DNA of 64,000 nucleotides from contig SUZN01000002.1 in NCBI GenBank assembly GCA_015059905.1, positions 65,742-129,741 of the forward strand. Direction: 5' to 3'. Below, piece by piece: positions 26,746 to 35,673 of the stretch (positions within the stretch are counted from its first letter, which is position 1; the number at the start of each line of letters is the position of its first letter). Both the position numbers and the translations under genes were made by a program. Below the pieces are notes generated by a model that made no database searches, was not told the origin of the DNA, and was given only the letters and a program-made list of their open reading frames with translations. Source of the DNA: Rikenellaceae bacterium. Its GTDB lineage: Bacteria; Bacteroidota; Bacteroidia; Bacteroidales; Rikenellaceae.

Positions 26746-28128
26746 ATGAATGAGTCAAATTTCATCATCGAGTTGAGCCATATCTCAAAGTGCTTTGGCG
26801 ATAAAGTCGTATTGGATGATGTTAGTTTGTATGTGAAGAAGGGTGAGTTTGTCACTATTCTGGGTCCTTCGGGATGCGGCAAGACTACGTTGCTGCGTAT
26901 CCTGGCAGGCTTCGGTAAGGCTGACGAGGGAGAGATTAAGATTGCGGGAGTGGATATTACCGATGTGCCACCACACGAGCGACCTGTAAATACCGTTTTC
27001 CAGCGTTACGCGTTGTTCCCTCACCTGAATGTCTATGATAATATCGCATTTGGACTTAAACTCAAGAAGGTAAAGGAGGACGAGATAGAGGCGCGAGTGA
27101 GAAAGGCGCTGAAGATGGTGGGTATGACCGATTATGAGTGGCGAGATGTGAATTCGCTGTCGGGTGGTCAGCAGCAGCGTGTGGCTATCGCGCGCGCCAT
27201 CATCAACCGCCCGCAGGTGCTTTTGCTGGATGAGCCTTTGGCGGCACTCGACCTAAAGATGCGTAAAGATATGCAGATGGAGCTTAAGGAGATGCACAAA
27301 ACGCTGGGTATCACGTTTATATATGTAACACACGACCAGGAGGAGGCTCTGACGTTGAGTGATACTATCGTCGTGATGAGCGAGGGTAAGGTGCAGCAGA
27401 TTGGCACTCCAATCGACATCTATAACGAGCCTACAAACTCTTTCGTTGCTGACTTTATCGGCGAGAGTAACATTCTCAATGGTACGATGGTCAAGGATAA
27501 GGTCGTGAGATTTATGGGGCGTGACTTCGAGTGTGTTGATAAGGGTTTTGGCGAGAATGTCCCTGTTGATGTGGTTATACGACCAGAGGACCTCTACATT
27601 ATGGCAAAGACCGATTCGGGCATGTTTGATGGTGTGGTGCAGTCTTGCATCTTCAAGGGCGTGCATTACGAGATGACAGTCACAACAGCCGATGGCTATG
27701 AGGTGATGATTCAGGACTACAATGCCTTTGAAGTGGGGCAGGAGGTAAGTATGATTATCAAACCTTCCGACATCCACGTTATGAAGAAGGAGCGCATCTG
27801 CAATACTATCGAGGGAGAGATGGTGGATGCTACCCACGTCAAGATTATGGATACTGAGTTTGTCTGCAACGAGCAGTCAGGTGTCGAGGGTGGCGAGAAG
27901 GTTGAAGTTGAGATAGATTTCGACAAGATTGAACTGATGGATAACAAAGAAGATGGTATGATGGTAGGCGATGTGAGATTTATTCTCTACAAAGGCGACC
28001 ATTACCACCTCACCATCCGCACCGAGAGTGGCGATAACCTCTACGTTGATACACACGATGTGTGGGATGATAGAGATATTGTCGGCATCAATATTCAACC
28101 CGATGATTTGAAGATTAAGAGAGTGTAA
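26746..28128 (+). CDS. potA: Spermidine/putrescine ABC transporter ATP-binding protein, with an extended C-terminus
   Basis: Walker [10 protein letters not shown], signature [14 protein letters not shown] and Walker B LLLDEPL. At 460 aa it has a C-terminal region about 90 aa longer than I recall for E. coli PotA. Confidence 0.9.
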   Translation: MNESNFIIELSHISKCFGDKVVLDDVSLYVKKGEFVTILGPSGCGKTTLLRILAGFGKADEGEIKIAGVDITDVPPHERPVNTVFQRYALFPHLNVYDNIAFGLKLKKVKEDEIEARVRKALKMVGMTDYEWRDVNSLSGGQQQRVAIARAIINRPQVLLLDEPLAALDLKMRKDMQMELKEMHKTLGITFIYVTHDQEEALTLSDTIVVMSEGKVQQIGTPIDIYNEPTNSFVADFIGESNILNGTMVKDKVVRFMGRDFECVDKGFGENVPVDVVIRPEDLYIMAKTDSGMFDGVVQSCIFKGVHYEMTVTTADGYEVMIQDYNAFEVGQEVSMIIKPSDIHVMKKERICNTIEGEMVDATHVKIMDTEFVCNEQSGVEGGEKVEVEIDFDKIELMDNKEDGMMVGDVRFILYKGDHYHLTIRTESGDNLYVDTHDVWDDRDIVGINIQPDDLKIKRV

Positions 28129-28148
28129 CCTATTGCAAGACAAGTGAT

Positions 28149-28940
28149 ATGAAGTGGTTATCTAACGTATTTATGAAGCGTAGCAATTGGAGTATTCCAT
28201 ACTTCATTTTCTTGCTCGTATTCGTGGTGCTGCCGCTGGTGTTGATTTTTCTCTATGCGTTTCAGGATGCAGAGGGCAACTTCACGCTAAAGAACTTCTC
28301 GAAGTTTATTTCAAGCCCCGAGGCGGCAAACACGTTTGTCTATTCGATAGGTGTGGCTATTGTGACAACTGTGTTGTGTATCCTGTTGGGCTATCCTGCG
28401 GCATACATCTTGAGCAATTCGGAGCTTTGCCGTTCGAAGGTTACGGTGGTGCTTTTTATCCTGCCTATGTGGATTAACATCCTGGTGCGTACGCTGGCTA
28501 CGGTGGCTTTGTTTGACTTTATGAAGTTGCCGCTGGGCGAAGGTGCGCTGATATTCGGTATGGTCTATAACTTCTTGCCATTTATGATTTATCCAATCTA
28601 CAATACGATGCAGAAGATGGACCACAGCTATATCGAGGCGGCGCAGGATTTGGGTGCAAGTCCAATGAAGGTATTCACGAAGGTGGTAGCTCCGCTGTCG
28701 ATGCCTGGCGTGATGAGTGGTGTGATGATGGTTTTTATGCCAACAATCTCGACATTCGCTATCGCCGAGCTGCTTACGATGAACAATATCAAGTTGTTTG
28801 GTACAACCATTCAGGAGAATATAAATAACGGAATGTGGAACTATGGCGCAGCTCTGTCGCTGATTATGTTGGTCATCATCTTTGCGACCAACCTCTTCAG
28901 TGACGAGGAGGAGCAAGCCGCAAATGAGGGTATTATCTGA
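28149..28940 (+). CDS. potB: Spermidine/putrescine ABC transporter permease
   Basis: 6 TM helices. EAAQDLGASP matches the EAA loop of binding-protein-dependent permeases. Confidence 0.88.
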   Translation: MKWLSNVFMKRSNWSIPYFIFLLVFVVLPLVLIFLYAFQDAEGNFTLKNFSKFISSPEAANTFVYSIGVAIVTTVLCILLGYPAAYILSNSELCRSKVTVVLFILPMWINILVRTLATVALFDFMKLPLGEGALIFGMVYNFLPFMIYPIYNTMQKMDHSYIEAAQDLGASPMKVFTKVVAPLSMPGVMSGVMMVFMPTISTFAIAELLTMNNIKLFGTTIQENINNGMWNYGAALSLIMLVIIFATNLFSDEEEQAANEGII

Positions 28941-29743
28941 TGAAGAAGTTTTTTGCACAGGCATACCTCTGGCTACTGCTGGCTATGTTGTATGCGCCAA
29001 TTTTGATTATCGCCATCTTCTCCTTTACCGAGGCGAAGGTGCTGGGGAACTGGACAGGCTTTTCGACAAAACTCTACACTTCGCTCTTCTCGGGCGGTGT
29101 GCATCACTCGCTGTTGAGTGCCATCGAGAACACCTTTATCATTGCTATCGTTGCGGCAGCCATCTCGACCTTGCTGGGTAGTGTGGCAGCAATAGGTATC
29201 TTCAACCTTCGCAACCGCAAGAAGATGATAATGAACACACTGAATAATATCCCGATGCTTAATCCCGATATTATCACAGGTATCTCGTTGTTTTTGCTGT
29301 TCGTTAGCTTCGGCGTTACGCAGGGTTACACGACTGTTATTCTTGCACACGTCGCATTCTGTACCCCTTATGTGGTGCTGTGTGTAATTCCACGTTTGCA
29401 GCAGATGAACCCCAACATCTACGAGGCAGCTCTTGACCTGGGTGCTACACCTTGGCAGGCTCTGCGTAAGGTGCTTATCCCAGAAATCAAGCCTGGTATG
29501 ATTTCGGGCTTTATCTTGGCATTCACACTCTCGATTGATGACTTTGCCGTGACGATATTTACCATCGGTACGGGCGGTCTGGAGACCCTCTCGACATACA
29601 TCTATGCCGATGCCCGCAAGGGTGGTCTTACACCAGAGTTGCGTCCGCTATCGACCATTATCTTTGTGACGGTGCTGTTGCTTTTGATTATCATTAACGT
29701 GCGCTCACAACGCGCCCAAAAAGCAAAGGAGGAGAAAAAATGA
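28940..29743 (+). CDS. potC: Spermidine/putrescine ABC transporter permease
   Basis: EAALDLGATPWQ EAA loop. 1-nt stop/start overlap (TGATG) with potB, and an ATGA stop/start overlap with potD. Confidence 0.88.
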   Translation: MKKFFAQAYLWLLLAMLYAPILIIAIFSFTEAKVLGNWTGFSTKLYTSLFSGGVHHSLLSAIENTFIIAIVAAAISTLLGSVAAIGIFNLRNRKKMIMNTLNNIPMLNPDIITGISLFLLFVSFGVTQGYTTVILAHVAFCTPYVVLCVIPRLQQMNPNIYEAALDLGATPWQALRKVLIPEIKPGMISGFILAFTLSIDDFAVTIFTIGTGGLETLSTYIYADARKGGLTPELRPLSTIIFVTVLLLLIIINVRSQRAQKAKEEKK

Positions 29744-31056
29744 GAAAGATATTTCAATGTATAACTATCGTTTTGTTGATGTTGGTCGGCGTTGGTTGTT
29801 CGCACGATGATAGTCGCAAATCAATTCTGAAAGTATATAACTGGGCAGATTATATTGACGAGGAGTTGCTGGGCGAGTTTGAAGAGTGGTACCAGGAACA
29901 GACAGGCGAGGAGGTTACGGTTATATACCAGCTTTTCGACATCAACGAGATTATGCTCGCCAAGATTGAGCGCGGCAAGGAGGATTTCGATGTGGTATGC
30001 CCCTCGGAGTATATCATCGAGCGTATGCTGGAGAATGATTTGTTGCTGCCGCTGGATATGAATTTCGGCTCTACACCAAACTATATCAAAAATATCTCGC
30101 CTTATATTAAGGAGGTATTCTCTCGCATCGATGGCAATGGCAAAAATGCCAACGATTACGCTGTGGGATATATGTGGGGAACGACGGGTTTCCTCTATAA
30201 CCCCAAATATGTAAGCCGTGAGGAGGTTAGCTCGTGGAGCGCATTGTGGAACCCCAAGTTCAACAAGAAACTCCTTGTGAAGGATGCATTCCGCGATGTA
30301 TATAGTCCGCTGCTGATCTACGCCAACCACGATAAGATTCTGAGTGGTGAGGTTAAGATGGATGATTTGATGCACGACTCGTCGGATGAGTCTATCGCTG
30401 TGGTGGAGGCTCTGCTGAAAAAGACCAAACCGCACGTAGCAGGCTGGGAGGCTGACTTCGGTAAGGAGATTATGACCAAGGAGAAGGCGTGGCTGAACCT
30501 CTCGTGGAGTGGTGATGCTGTGTGGGCTATCGAGGAGGCAAGAGATGTAAATGTGGAGCTTGACTATGTTGTGCCCGACGAGGGTAGTATCGTATGGTTT
30601 GACGGCTGGGTAATTCCAAAGTATGCCAAGAACATTAAGGCTGCATCGTACTTCATTAACTTTATGTGCAAGCCCGAGAATGCTATCCGCAATATGGATG
30701 CATCGGGTTATGTGAGTGTCATTGGTGGCGAGGAGGTTATGGAGTATATGTCGGAGGCAGCTGTGGAGTCGGGTTATGAGGAGGCTCAAGACTTGAGCTA
30801 TTTCTTTGGTGAGGAGGCAGACAGTGTGGTCATCAACCCTGTGCTTTACCCCGACAGAAGCGTGATTGAACGATGCACCATGATGCACGATAGTGGTGCG
30901 CGCACCGAGGCTCTGCTTGAGATGTGGTCGAGAGTGAAGGGCGACAACCTCAATAACTGGATGGTGATTGTTATTCTACTTTCGTTTGTGGTGCTCTTGA
31001 TAGTGGGCGTGATGCGAAAACTCAAACAACGCCGTCAGCGCCGCAGAAGATGGTAA
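29740..31056 (+). CDS. potD: Spermidine/putrescine-binding protein with a probable lipobox and an additional C-terminal TM anchor
   Basis: VYNWADYIDEELL is the typical PotD N-terminus. Has an N-terminal LVGVGC lipobox-like signal and the C-terminal segment WMVIVILLSFVVLLIVGVM followed by KQRRQRRRRW. Confidence 0.85.
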   Translation: MRKIFQCITIVLLMLVGVGCSHDDSRKSILKVYNWADYIDEELLGEFEEWYQEQTGEEVTVIYQLFDINEIMLAKIERGKEDFDVVCPSEYIIERMLENDLLLPLDMNFGSTPNYIKNISPYIKEVFSRIDGNGKNANDYAVGYMWGTTGFLYNPKYVSREEVSSWSALWNPKFNKKLLVKDAFRDVYSPLLIYANHDKILSGEVKMDDLMHDSSDESIAVVEALLKKTKPHVAGWEADFGKEIMTKEKAWLNLSWSGDAVWAIEEARDVNVELDYVVPDEGSIVWFDGWVIPKYAKNIKAASYFINFMCKPENAIRNMDASGYVSVIGGEEVMEYMSEAAVESGYEEAQDLSYFFGEEADSVVINPVLYPDRSVIERCTMMHDSGARTEALLEMWSRVKGDNLNNWMVIVILLSFVVLLIVGVMRKLKQRRQRRRRW

Positions 31057-31060
31057 TAAA

Positions 31061-31092
31061 AATCCCGAGGTCAAACGCCTCGGGATTTTTTT
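31061..31092. terminator. Bidirectional terminator between potD and the convergent SGNH gene
   Basis: 10-bp stem aatcccgagg / cctcgggatt with a T7 tail, preceded by an A-run. Confidence 0.75.
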
Positions 31093-31110
31093 GTTATCTA
31101 ATTGCTAAAA

Positions 31111-31827
31111 TTACTTTGCTGTGTGAGGAATTGGCTTGTACTGCTTCTTCTTTGGGGTCTTCAAAACCTTGTTCAAAGCCTCACAAACCATAGGCTCCAT
31201 CACTGTGCGGTAGCACTCAAGATTTGGGTGGCAAGTGTCGTTAGACCACTTCTTTGGAAGACCCAAAACCTCGTCAGCGAGTGAAGAGTGGTAGTCGAGG
31301 TAGTAAACCTTATTCTCGTCAGCCCAAGCCTTAATGAGCTTGTTGAGCTCAACGATTGTTGGACCTGGCTTGAGGTCACGACGCCAGCCGAATACTGATG
31401 TTGGAGGTACAGAGCAGAGGATAACCTTGATGTCGTTAGCCTGCGCCAGCTCAACCATCGAGATGATGTTGTTCAGGATGTTCTCGTGAGAGATAGCACC
31501 GTTGTTCTCGGCTACATCGTTTGTGCCCGCCATAATCACAACACACTTTGGCTTGTGAGCCAACACGTCAGGACGGAAACGGCACAACATCTGTGCTGAT
31601 GTCTGACCGCTGATACCGCGACCGATAAAGTTGTTCTGCTTGAAGAACTCTGGGTCCTGATAAGCCCAACCCTCGGTGATAGAGTTACCCATAAATACAG
31701 CATCAGGACGTACTGTTACCTGTGCATTCTCCTTTGCGAAGCGACCGAAACCAGCCCAGTCGTGCTTCTGTGCCATACCGTTCAACGCGAACAGACATAC
31801 AGCAAGTGTAAAAATTAGTTTTTTCAT
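31111..31827 (-). CDS. Secreted SGNH/GDSL hydrolase (acylhydrolase/esterase)
   Basis: Block I FMGNSITEGW, block III GTND and block V DTCHPN. Has a signal peptide. Start refined to the ATG at 31827. Confidence 0.8.
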   Translation of the reverse strand: MKKLIFTLAVCLFALNGMAQKHDWAGFGRFAKENAQVTVRPDAVFMGNSITEGWAYQDPEFFKQNNFIGRGISGQTSAQMLCRFRPDVLAHKPKCVVIMAGTNDVAENNGAISHENILNNIISMVELAQANDIKVILCSVPPTSVFGWRRDLKPGPTIVELNKLIKAWADENKVYYLDYHSSLADEVLGLPKKWSNDTCHPNLECYRTVMEPMVCEALNKVLKTPKKKQYKPIPHTAK

Positions 31828-31844
31828 TATCAAATAAATTTTAA

Positions 31845-33173
31845 TTAAAGTAGTATAAAATTGTAAAAAAATTCTATAATAATCAATAATCCAAAGCCAC
31901 ACAAAAATATAGCAAATATTTCACCTCCTAAGCTAAAAAAAATCATAACGACTGCAAAATAAACGACTAAACATAATCCCAATAATAGTTTTTCTTTAAA
32001 TGTCATCTCTGCAAAAAACATCTGAACGGTTTTAAATATTTTTTGGCTACCTCTTTTATTTATAACATAATCGCGATTCACTATTGCTACATCTTTACTG
32101 AAATCTTCCACATAATCATATTTTAAAGGAATATTCTCTCCCCCCGTTTTATCTACAAAGCCCCATCTATCATTTAATCTAACCGCAGCTAAACCTTCAC
32201 TGAAAGCACGTGCAAAATCATACTTCAAAGAAATAACTTCTTTGCCCGTTTTGTCTATAAAGCCGTATTTACCATTTAATTTAACCCATGCCATGCCTTC
32301 ATTGAATGACCCAATAGAATCATATTTTGCAGGAACAATAACATTTCTAGTGGATTTTAAACGAAACCCATAATTCTCGTTACCCTTAAAGATTTCAAAT
32401 TCGTTATCAGGCAAGGTTGATAGATACTCATCAAGTTTTGCTTTCAGTTCTACGACAACTCGTTTTTGAGAATCTCTTTCAAGTCTTACAATTTGAGTAT
32501 TCGAAATGTGAGGAAAATTTGATACAACAAATTTTAATTCGTTCTCACCAATGGGCAAATTAAACTCTGTATATTCGGTAGCCTTAGCAAGACCTAACTC
32601 TTGTTCAAAATTATAAACTAAACAATCACAATCACTTTTAACCAATACTTTGGCAATTACTTGTCCTGCTTGATATTTAGACATAGAAAAATCTTTGCAA
32701 GGAACTATTGGTCGAATATATTTTTCGACGATATGATCTATATCAACTTCGAACTTTTGCCCCGAACGAATTTCAAGACTATTTTGAGTTTTTATAATTT
32801 CCAACTCTTTTGGAAAATTATTTGGTAAAAGGTTATGATTAAACTCGTTATCAGGGTTTAAGAATATGATATTCAACCCCGACTCTTTAGCTTGGCAAAT
32901 TTCACGACGCACCCAGTCACCTTCATTTACACAATTATCCATTGCGTTCTTTGTAAGAACACAAAGAAATACTTTTGCCTGCTTGATTGCACCCAAGATT
33001 TTTTTCTCAAAATCTTCAGCACCTATTTGATTGTGGTCAAAGAATACTCGCCCCTTATATCCTCTTTCTTCCAACGCTTGCTCTATATTGCGAGCAATGG
33101 ATGTTCCCCATTCTTTTCCATTCTCATCTTTTCGACGATAACTGATAAATATATCGTATTTCTCTTGTGTCAT
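31845..33173 (-). CDS. TIR-domain protein fused to a beta-rich middle region, ~3 WG (KWG-type) repeats and a C-terminal two-helix membrane anchor
   Basis: DIFISYRRKD...GDWVRRE(91)ICQA TIR signature. The repeat unit (K/R)(Y/W)GF.D..G......YD....F.EG.A.V occurs three times. The hydrophobic tail covers aa ~397-442. The gene has markedly low G+C. Confidence 0.85.
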   Translation of the reverse strand: MTQEKYDIFISYRRKDENGKEWGTSIARNIEQALEERGYKGRVFFDHNQIGAEDFEKKILGAIKQAKVFLCVLTKNAMDNCVNEGDWVRREICQAKESGLNIIFLNPDNEFNHNLLPNNFPKELEIIKTQNSLEIRSGQKFEVDIDHIVEKYIRPIVPCKDFSMSKYQAGQVIAKVLVKSDCDCLVYNFEQELGLAKATEYTEFNLPIGENELKFVVSNFPHISNTQIVRLERDSQKRVVVELKAKLDEYLSTLPDNEFEIFKGNENYGFRLKSTRNVIVPAKYDSIGSFNEGMAWVKLNGKYGFIDKTGKEVISLKYDFARAFSEGLAAVRLNDRWGFVDKTGGENIPLKYDYVEDFSKDVAIVNRDYVINKRGSQKIFKTVQMFFAEMTFKEKLLLGLCLVVYFAVVMIFFSLGGEIFAIFLCGFGLLIIIEFFYNFILL

Positions 33174-33200
33174 AGTTTGGATAGTGGTGTAATATCATTA

Positions 33201-33208
33201 CAAATATA
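33201..33208 (-). promoter_or_regulatory. -7 box (TATATTTG on the minus strand) for the TIR gene
   Basis: Exact TAnnTTTG match 28 nt upstream of the ATG at 33173. Confidence 0.45.
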
Positions 33209-33250
33209 CAAAAAATAGCGTTGCAACGCCATAGTTCCCCAAATTTTTGT

Positions 33251-33258
33251 TATTTTTG
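33251..33258 (+). promoter_or_regulatory. -7 box (TATTTTTG) for the threonine-synthase-like gene
   Basis: Exact TAnnTTTG match 28 nt upstream of the ATG at 33286. Confidence 0.45.
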
Positions 33259-33285
33259 CTCATTGAAATAAACTAAACAACTATA

Positions 33286-34593
33286 ATGAAGAATTTTGAA
33301 GCAACTGCCTACACGCTGAAATGTGTAGCTACTGATCACGAGTTTGAGGATGCGGGTTGGACTCTGGAGGATAAGGAGTGCGGCGAGCCATCGCTGGTGC
33401 GCGCAATCTACGCGAAGAAAAAGTTGGAGCTCAAGGGTGATGATTACGGTCTTTATACATTCTGCGACTGGCTGCCTGTGAAGCGTATGCTCAAAGGCTC
33501 GGCTGCCCCCGTTACATTCAAGAGCGAGGCGCTGGCGAAGCACCTCGGATTGAAAAATCTCTATATCACATTGAACGGTTACTCGCCCAAGCACGGTGCG
33601 AAGATGACCACAGGCTCATTCAAGGAGACCGAGGCGTACAGCGTATGCGGTCGTATGGGCGAGGAGGAGAAGCGCATCCTGGTGGTGGCATCAGCAGGAA
33701 ACACAGCACGTGCCTTTGCGAAGGTATGCTCTGAGAACAATATTCCTTTGCTCTTGTCGGTGCCTGCCGACAACCTCTCGGCAATGTGGTTTGAGAAGCC
33801 TATCAACCCTTGTGTGAAGCTCATCTGCTGCGAGAAGGGTGGCGATTACTTCGATGCAATCCATTTGAGCGACCTTGCGCTAAAGTCGCCAATGTTCTAC
33901 GCCGAGGGTGGCGCAAAGAATGTGGCACGTCGTGACGGTATGGCAACAACAGTGCTTTCAGCCGTTACAACAATCGGTCGTATTCCAGATTACTATTTCC
34001 AGGCGGTAGGTAGCGGTACAGGCGCAATCGCTGCGTGGGAGGCAAATATGCGACTTGTGGAGGATGGCTCTTACGGAGACAATGTAATGAAGCTGATGGT
34101 ATCGCAGAATGCTCCATTTGTGCCTATGTTCGATGCGTGGAGAGTTGATTCACGCGCTATGCTCCCATACGATGCTGACAAGGCTCGCCGTGATGTGGAG
34201 ATTATTGACGCAAAGGTGTTGTCTAACCGCAAGCCACCATACGGCATTACGGGCGGTCTGTATGATGCTCTGAAGGCTACCAACGGTGAGGTTTTGGTTG
34301 CAACAAATGCACAGGCTCGCAAGGCTGCCAAGTTGTTCCAGCAGTTGGAGGGTGTGGATATTCATCCAGCGGCAGCGGTGGCTACGGCTACACTTATCAA
34401 GGCTGTGCAGGATGGTAAGATTGACGCAGAGGCAACCGTTATGCTCAACATCACAGGTGCTGGTGAGGAGCGTTTCAAGTCGGAGCACGAGGTTTATACG
34501 CTTGAGCCATCGAAGGTATTCCCACTTGATGTGGAGGCTGACGCTGTTATCGAGGCTGTGGAGGCTTTGTTCGCAGAGAAGGAGAACGAATAA
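33286..34593 (+). CDS. PLP-dependent threonine-synthase-like enzyme, resembling the cysteate synthase subfamily
   Basis: GSFKETEA contains the PLP-lysine context. The N-terminal Y.L.C....F.D.GW.L....EPSLVRAIY...LYTFCDWLPV pattern resembles cysteate synthase-type proteins. The subfamily call is tentative. Confidence 0.55.
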   Translation: MKNFEATAYTLKCVATDHEFEDAGWTLEDKECGEPSLVRAIYAKKKLELKGDDYGLYTFCDWLPVKRMLKGSAAPVTFKSEALAKHLGLKNLYITLNGYSPKHGAKMTTGSFKETEAYSVCGRMGEEEKRILVVASAGNTARAFAKVCSENNIPLLLSVPADNLSAMWFEKPINPCVKLICCEKGGDYFDAIHLSDLALKSPMFYAEGGAKNVARRDGMATTVLSAVTTIGRIPDYYFQAVGSGTGAIAAWEANMRLVEDGSYGDNVMKLMVSQNAPFVPMFDAWRVDSRAMLPYDADKARRDVEIIDAKVLSNRKPPYGITGGLYDALKATNGEVLVATNAQARKAAKLFQQLEGVDIHPAAAVATATLIKAVQDGKIDAEATVMLNITGAGEERFKSEHEVYTLEPSKVFPLDVEADAVIEAVEALFAEKENE

Positions 34594-34614
34594 TCAATTA
34601 AACAATAGAGAAAG

Positions 34615-35601
34615 ATGTTATACCCAATTAAATTTATCCCTCGCCTTAAGGAGCGTTTGTGGGGAGGAAAAGAGTTGCTCGCAACGGTTAAGGCGGGCAA
34701 GGGTGCGAAGATTGACCCCGAGAAGGCTTATGGCGAGAGCTGGGAGCTGTCGGCTGTCGAGGGCGACGAGTCGGTTGTAGCCAATGGCTTTTTGAAGAAG
34801 AACAACATCGAGGAGATTACAGAGGTATATATGGGTAACCTGGTGGGAGAGAAGAACTACGACCGCTTTGGTCTTACCTTCCCATTGCTTATCAAGAGCC
34901 TCGACTGCAATGATGTGTTGTCAGTTCAGGTGCACCCTGACGATGAGCTGGCGCAGGAGCGTCACAACTCTTACGGTAAGACCGAGATGTGGTATGTGTC
35001 GGGCTGCAAGCCAGGTGCGGCGTTGTATGTAGGTTTCAAGGATACTTCGCTTACTCGTGAGGCATACTTGCAGGCACTCAATGAAGACCGTCTGCCCGAG
35101 ATTATGAATAGAGTAGAGGTGAAGGTTGGCGATGTATTCTTCATCCCTGCTGGTACTGTTCACGCGCTGGGTCGCGGTATTGAGGTTGTGGAGATTCAGC
35201 AGACTTCGGATATCACATATCGCATTTATGACTGGAATCGTGTGGATGACAAGGGTAATGCCCGCGAGTTGCACACTGCGTTGGCTGTCGATGCTATTGA
35301 CTTTAGCAAGGACGGCGACTCTTGCCACATTAAGTATGAAAAGCAAGCGAACAAGTCTGTAAAGATGGTTGATTGCCCATACTTCACAACAAATGTGATT
35401 GCGCTCGATGGCGAGAAGGAGTTTGATTATATGTCGCTCGATTCGTTTGTGCTCTACATCTGCACCGAGGGCGAGGCAGAGGTCAAGATGGGCGAGCATT
35501 GCGAGAAGCTCACCCCTTATGAGCTTGTGATGATTCCTGCCGAGGCTGACACCGTAACACTTTCGGGTAAGGCTACTTTGCTTGAGGTATATATCAAGTA
35601 A
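34615..35601 (+). CDS. manA: Class I mannose-6-phosphate isomerase
   Basis: RLWGG, SVQVHPDD, KTEMWYV and AGTVHALG motifs (cupin metal ligands). Confidence 0.85.
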   Translation: MLYPIKFIPRLKERLWGGKELLATVKAGKGAKIDPEKAYGESWELSAVEGDESVVANGFLKKNNIEEITEVYMGNLVGEKNYDRFGLTFPLLIKSLDCNDVLSVQVHPDDELAQERHNSYGKTEMWYVSGCKPGAALYVGFKDTSLTREAYLQALNEDRLPEIMNRVEVKVGDVFFIPAGTVHALGRGIEVVEIQQTSDITYRIYDWNRVDDKGNARELHTALAVDAIDFSKDGDSCHIKYEKQANKSVKMVDCPYFTTNVIALDGEKEFDYMSLDSFVLYICTEGEAEVKMGEHCEKLTPYELVMIPAEADTVTLSGKATLLEVYIK

Positions 35602-35622
35602 TAGGACAACAACAAAATATTA

Positions 35623-35657
35623 AAGCGGGCGACTTTTTCGAAGTTGCCCGCTTTTGT
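35623..35657. terminator. Bidirectional terminator between convergent genes
   Basis: Stem aagcgggcgact / agttgcccgctt followed by ttttgtt, with an A-rich stretch upstream. Confidence 0.65.
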
Positions 35658-35673
35658 TATGCTTTGCGCCGAA

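Noticed and set aside
29821-30888. A 355-aa ORF antisense to potD, and similar long antisense ORFs (25865..26602, 21753..22448, 55564..56289, 39793..40503, 49068..49766, 60916..61581, 47366..48034).
   Set aside because: Each lies fully inside a confidently assigned gene on the other strand. They have odd composition (rich in His, Arg, Leu and Cys) and no recognisable motifs. Long antisense frames of this kind are typical in sequence of about 50 % G+C.
33218-33229. A perfect 12-bp palindrome, gcgttgcaacgc, between the divergent TIR and threonine-synthase-like promoters, considered as an operator.
   Set aside because: About 15 perfect 12-bp palindromes are expected by chance in 64 kb. There is no second copy and no adjacent regulator gene, so the evidence is insufficient.
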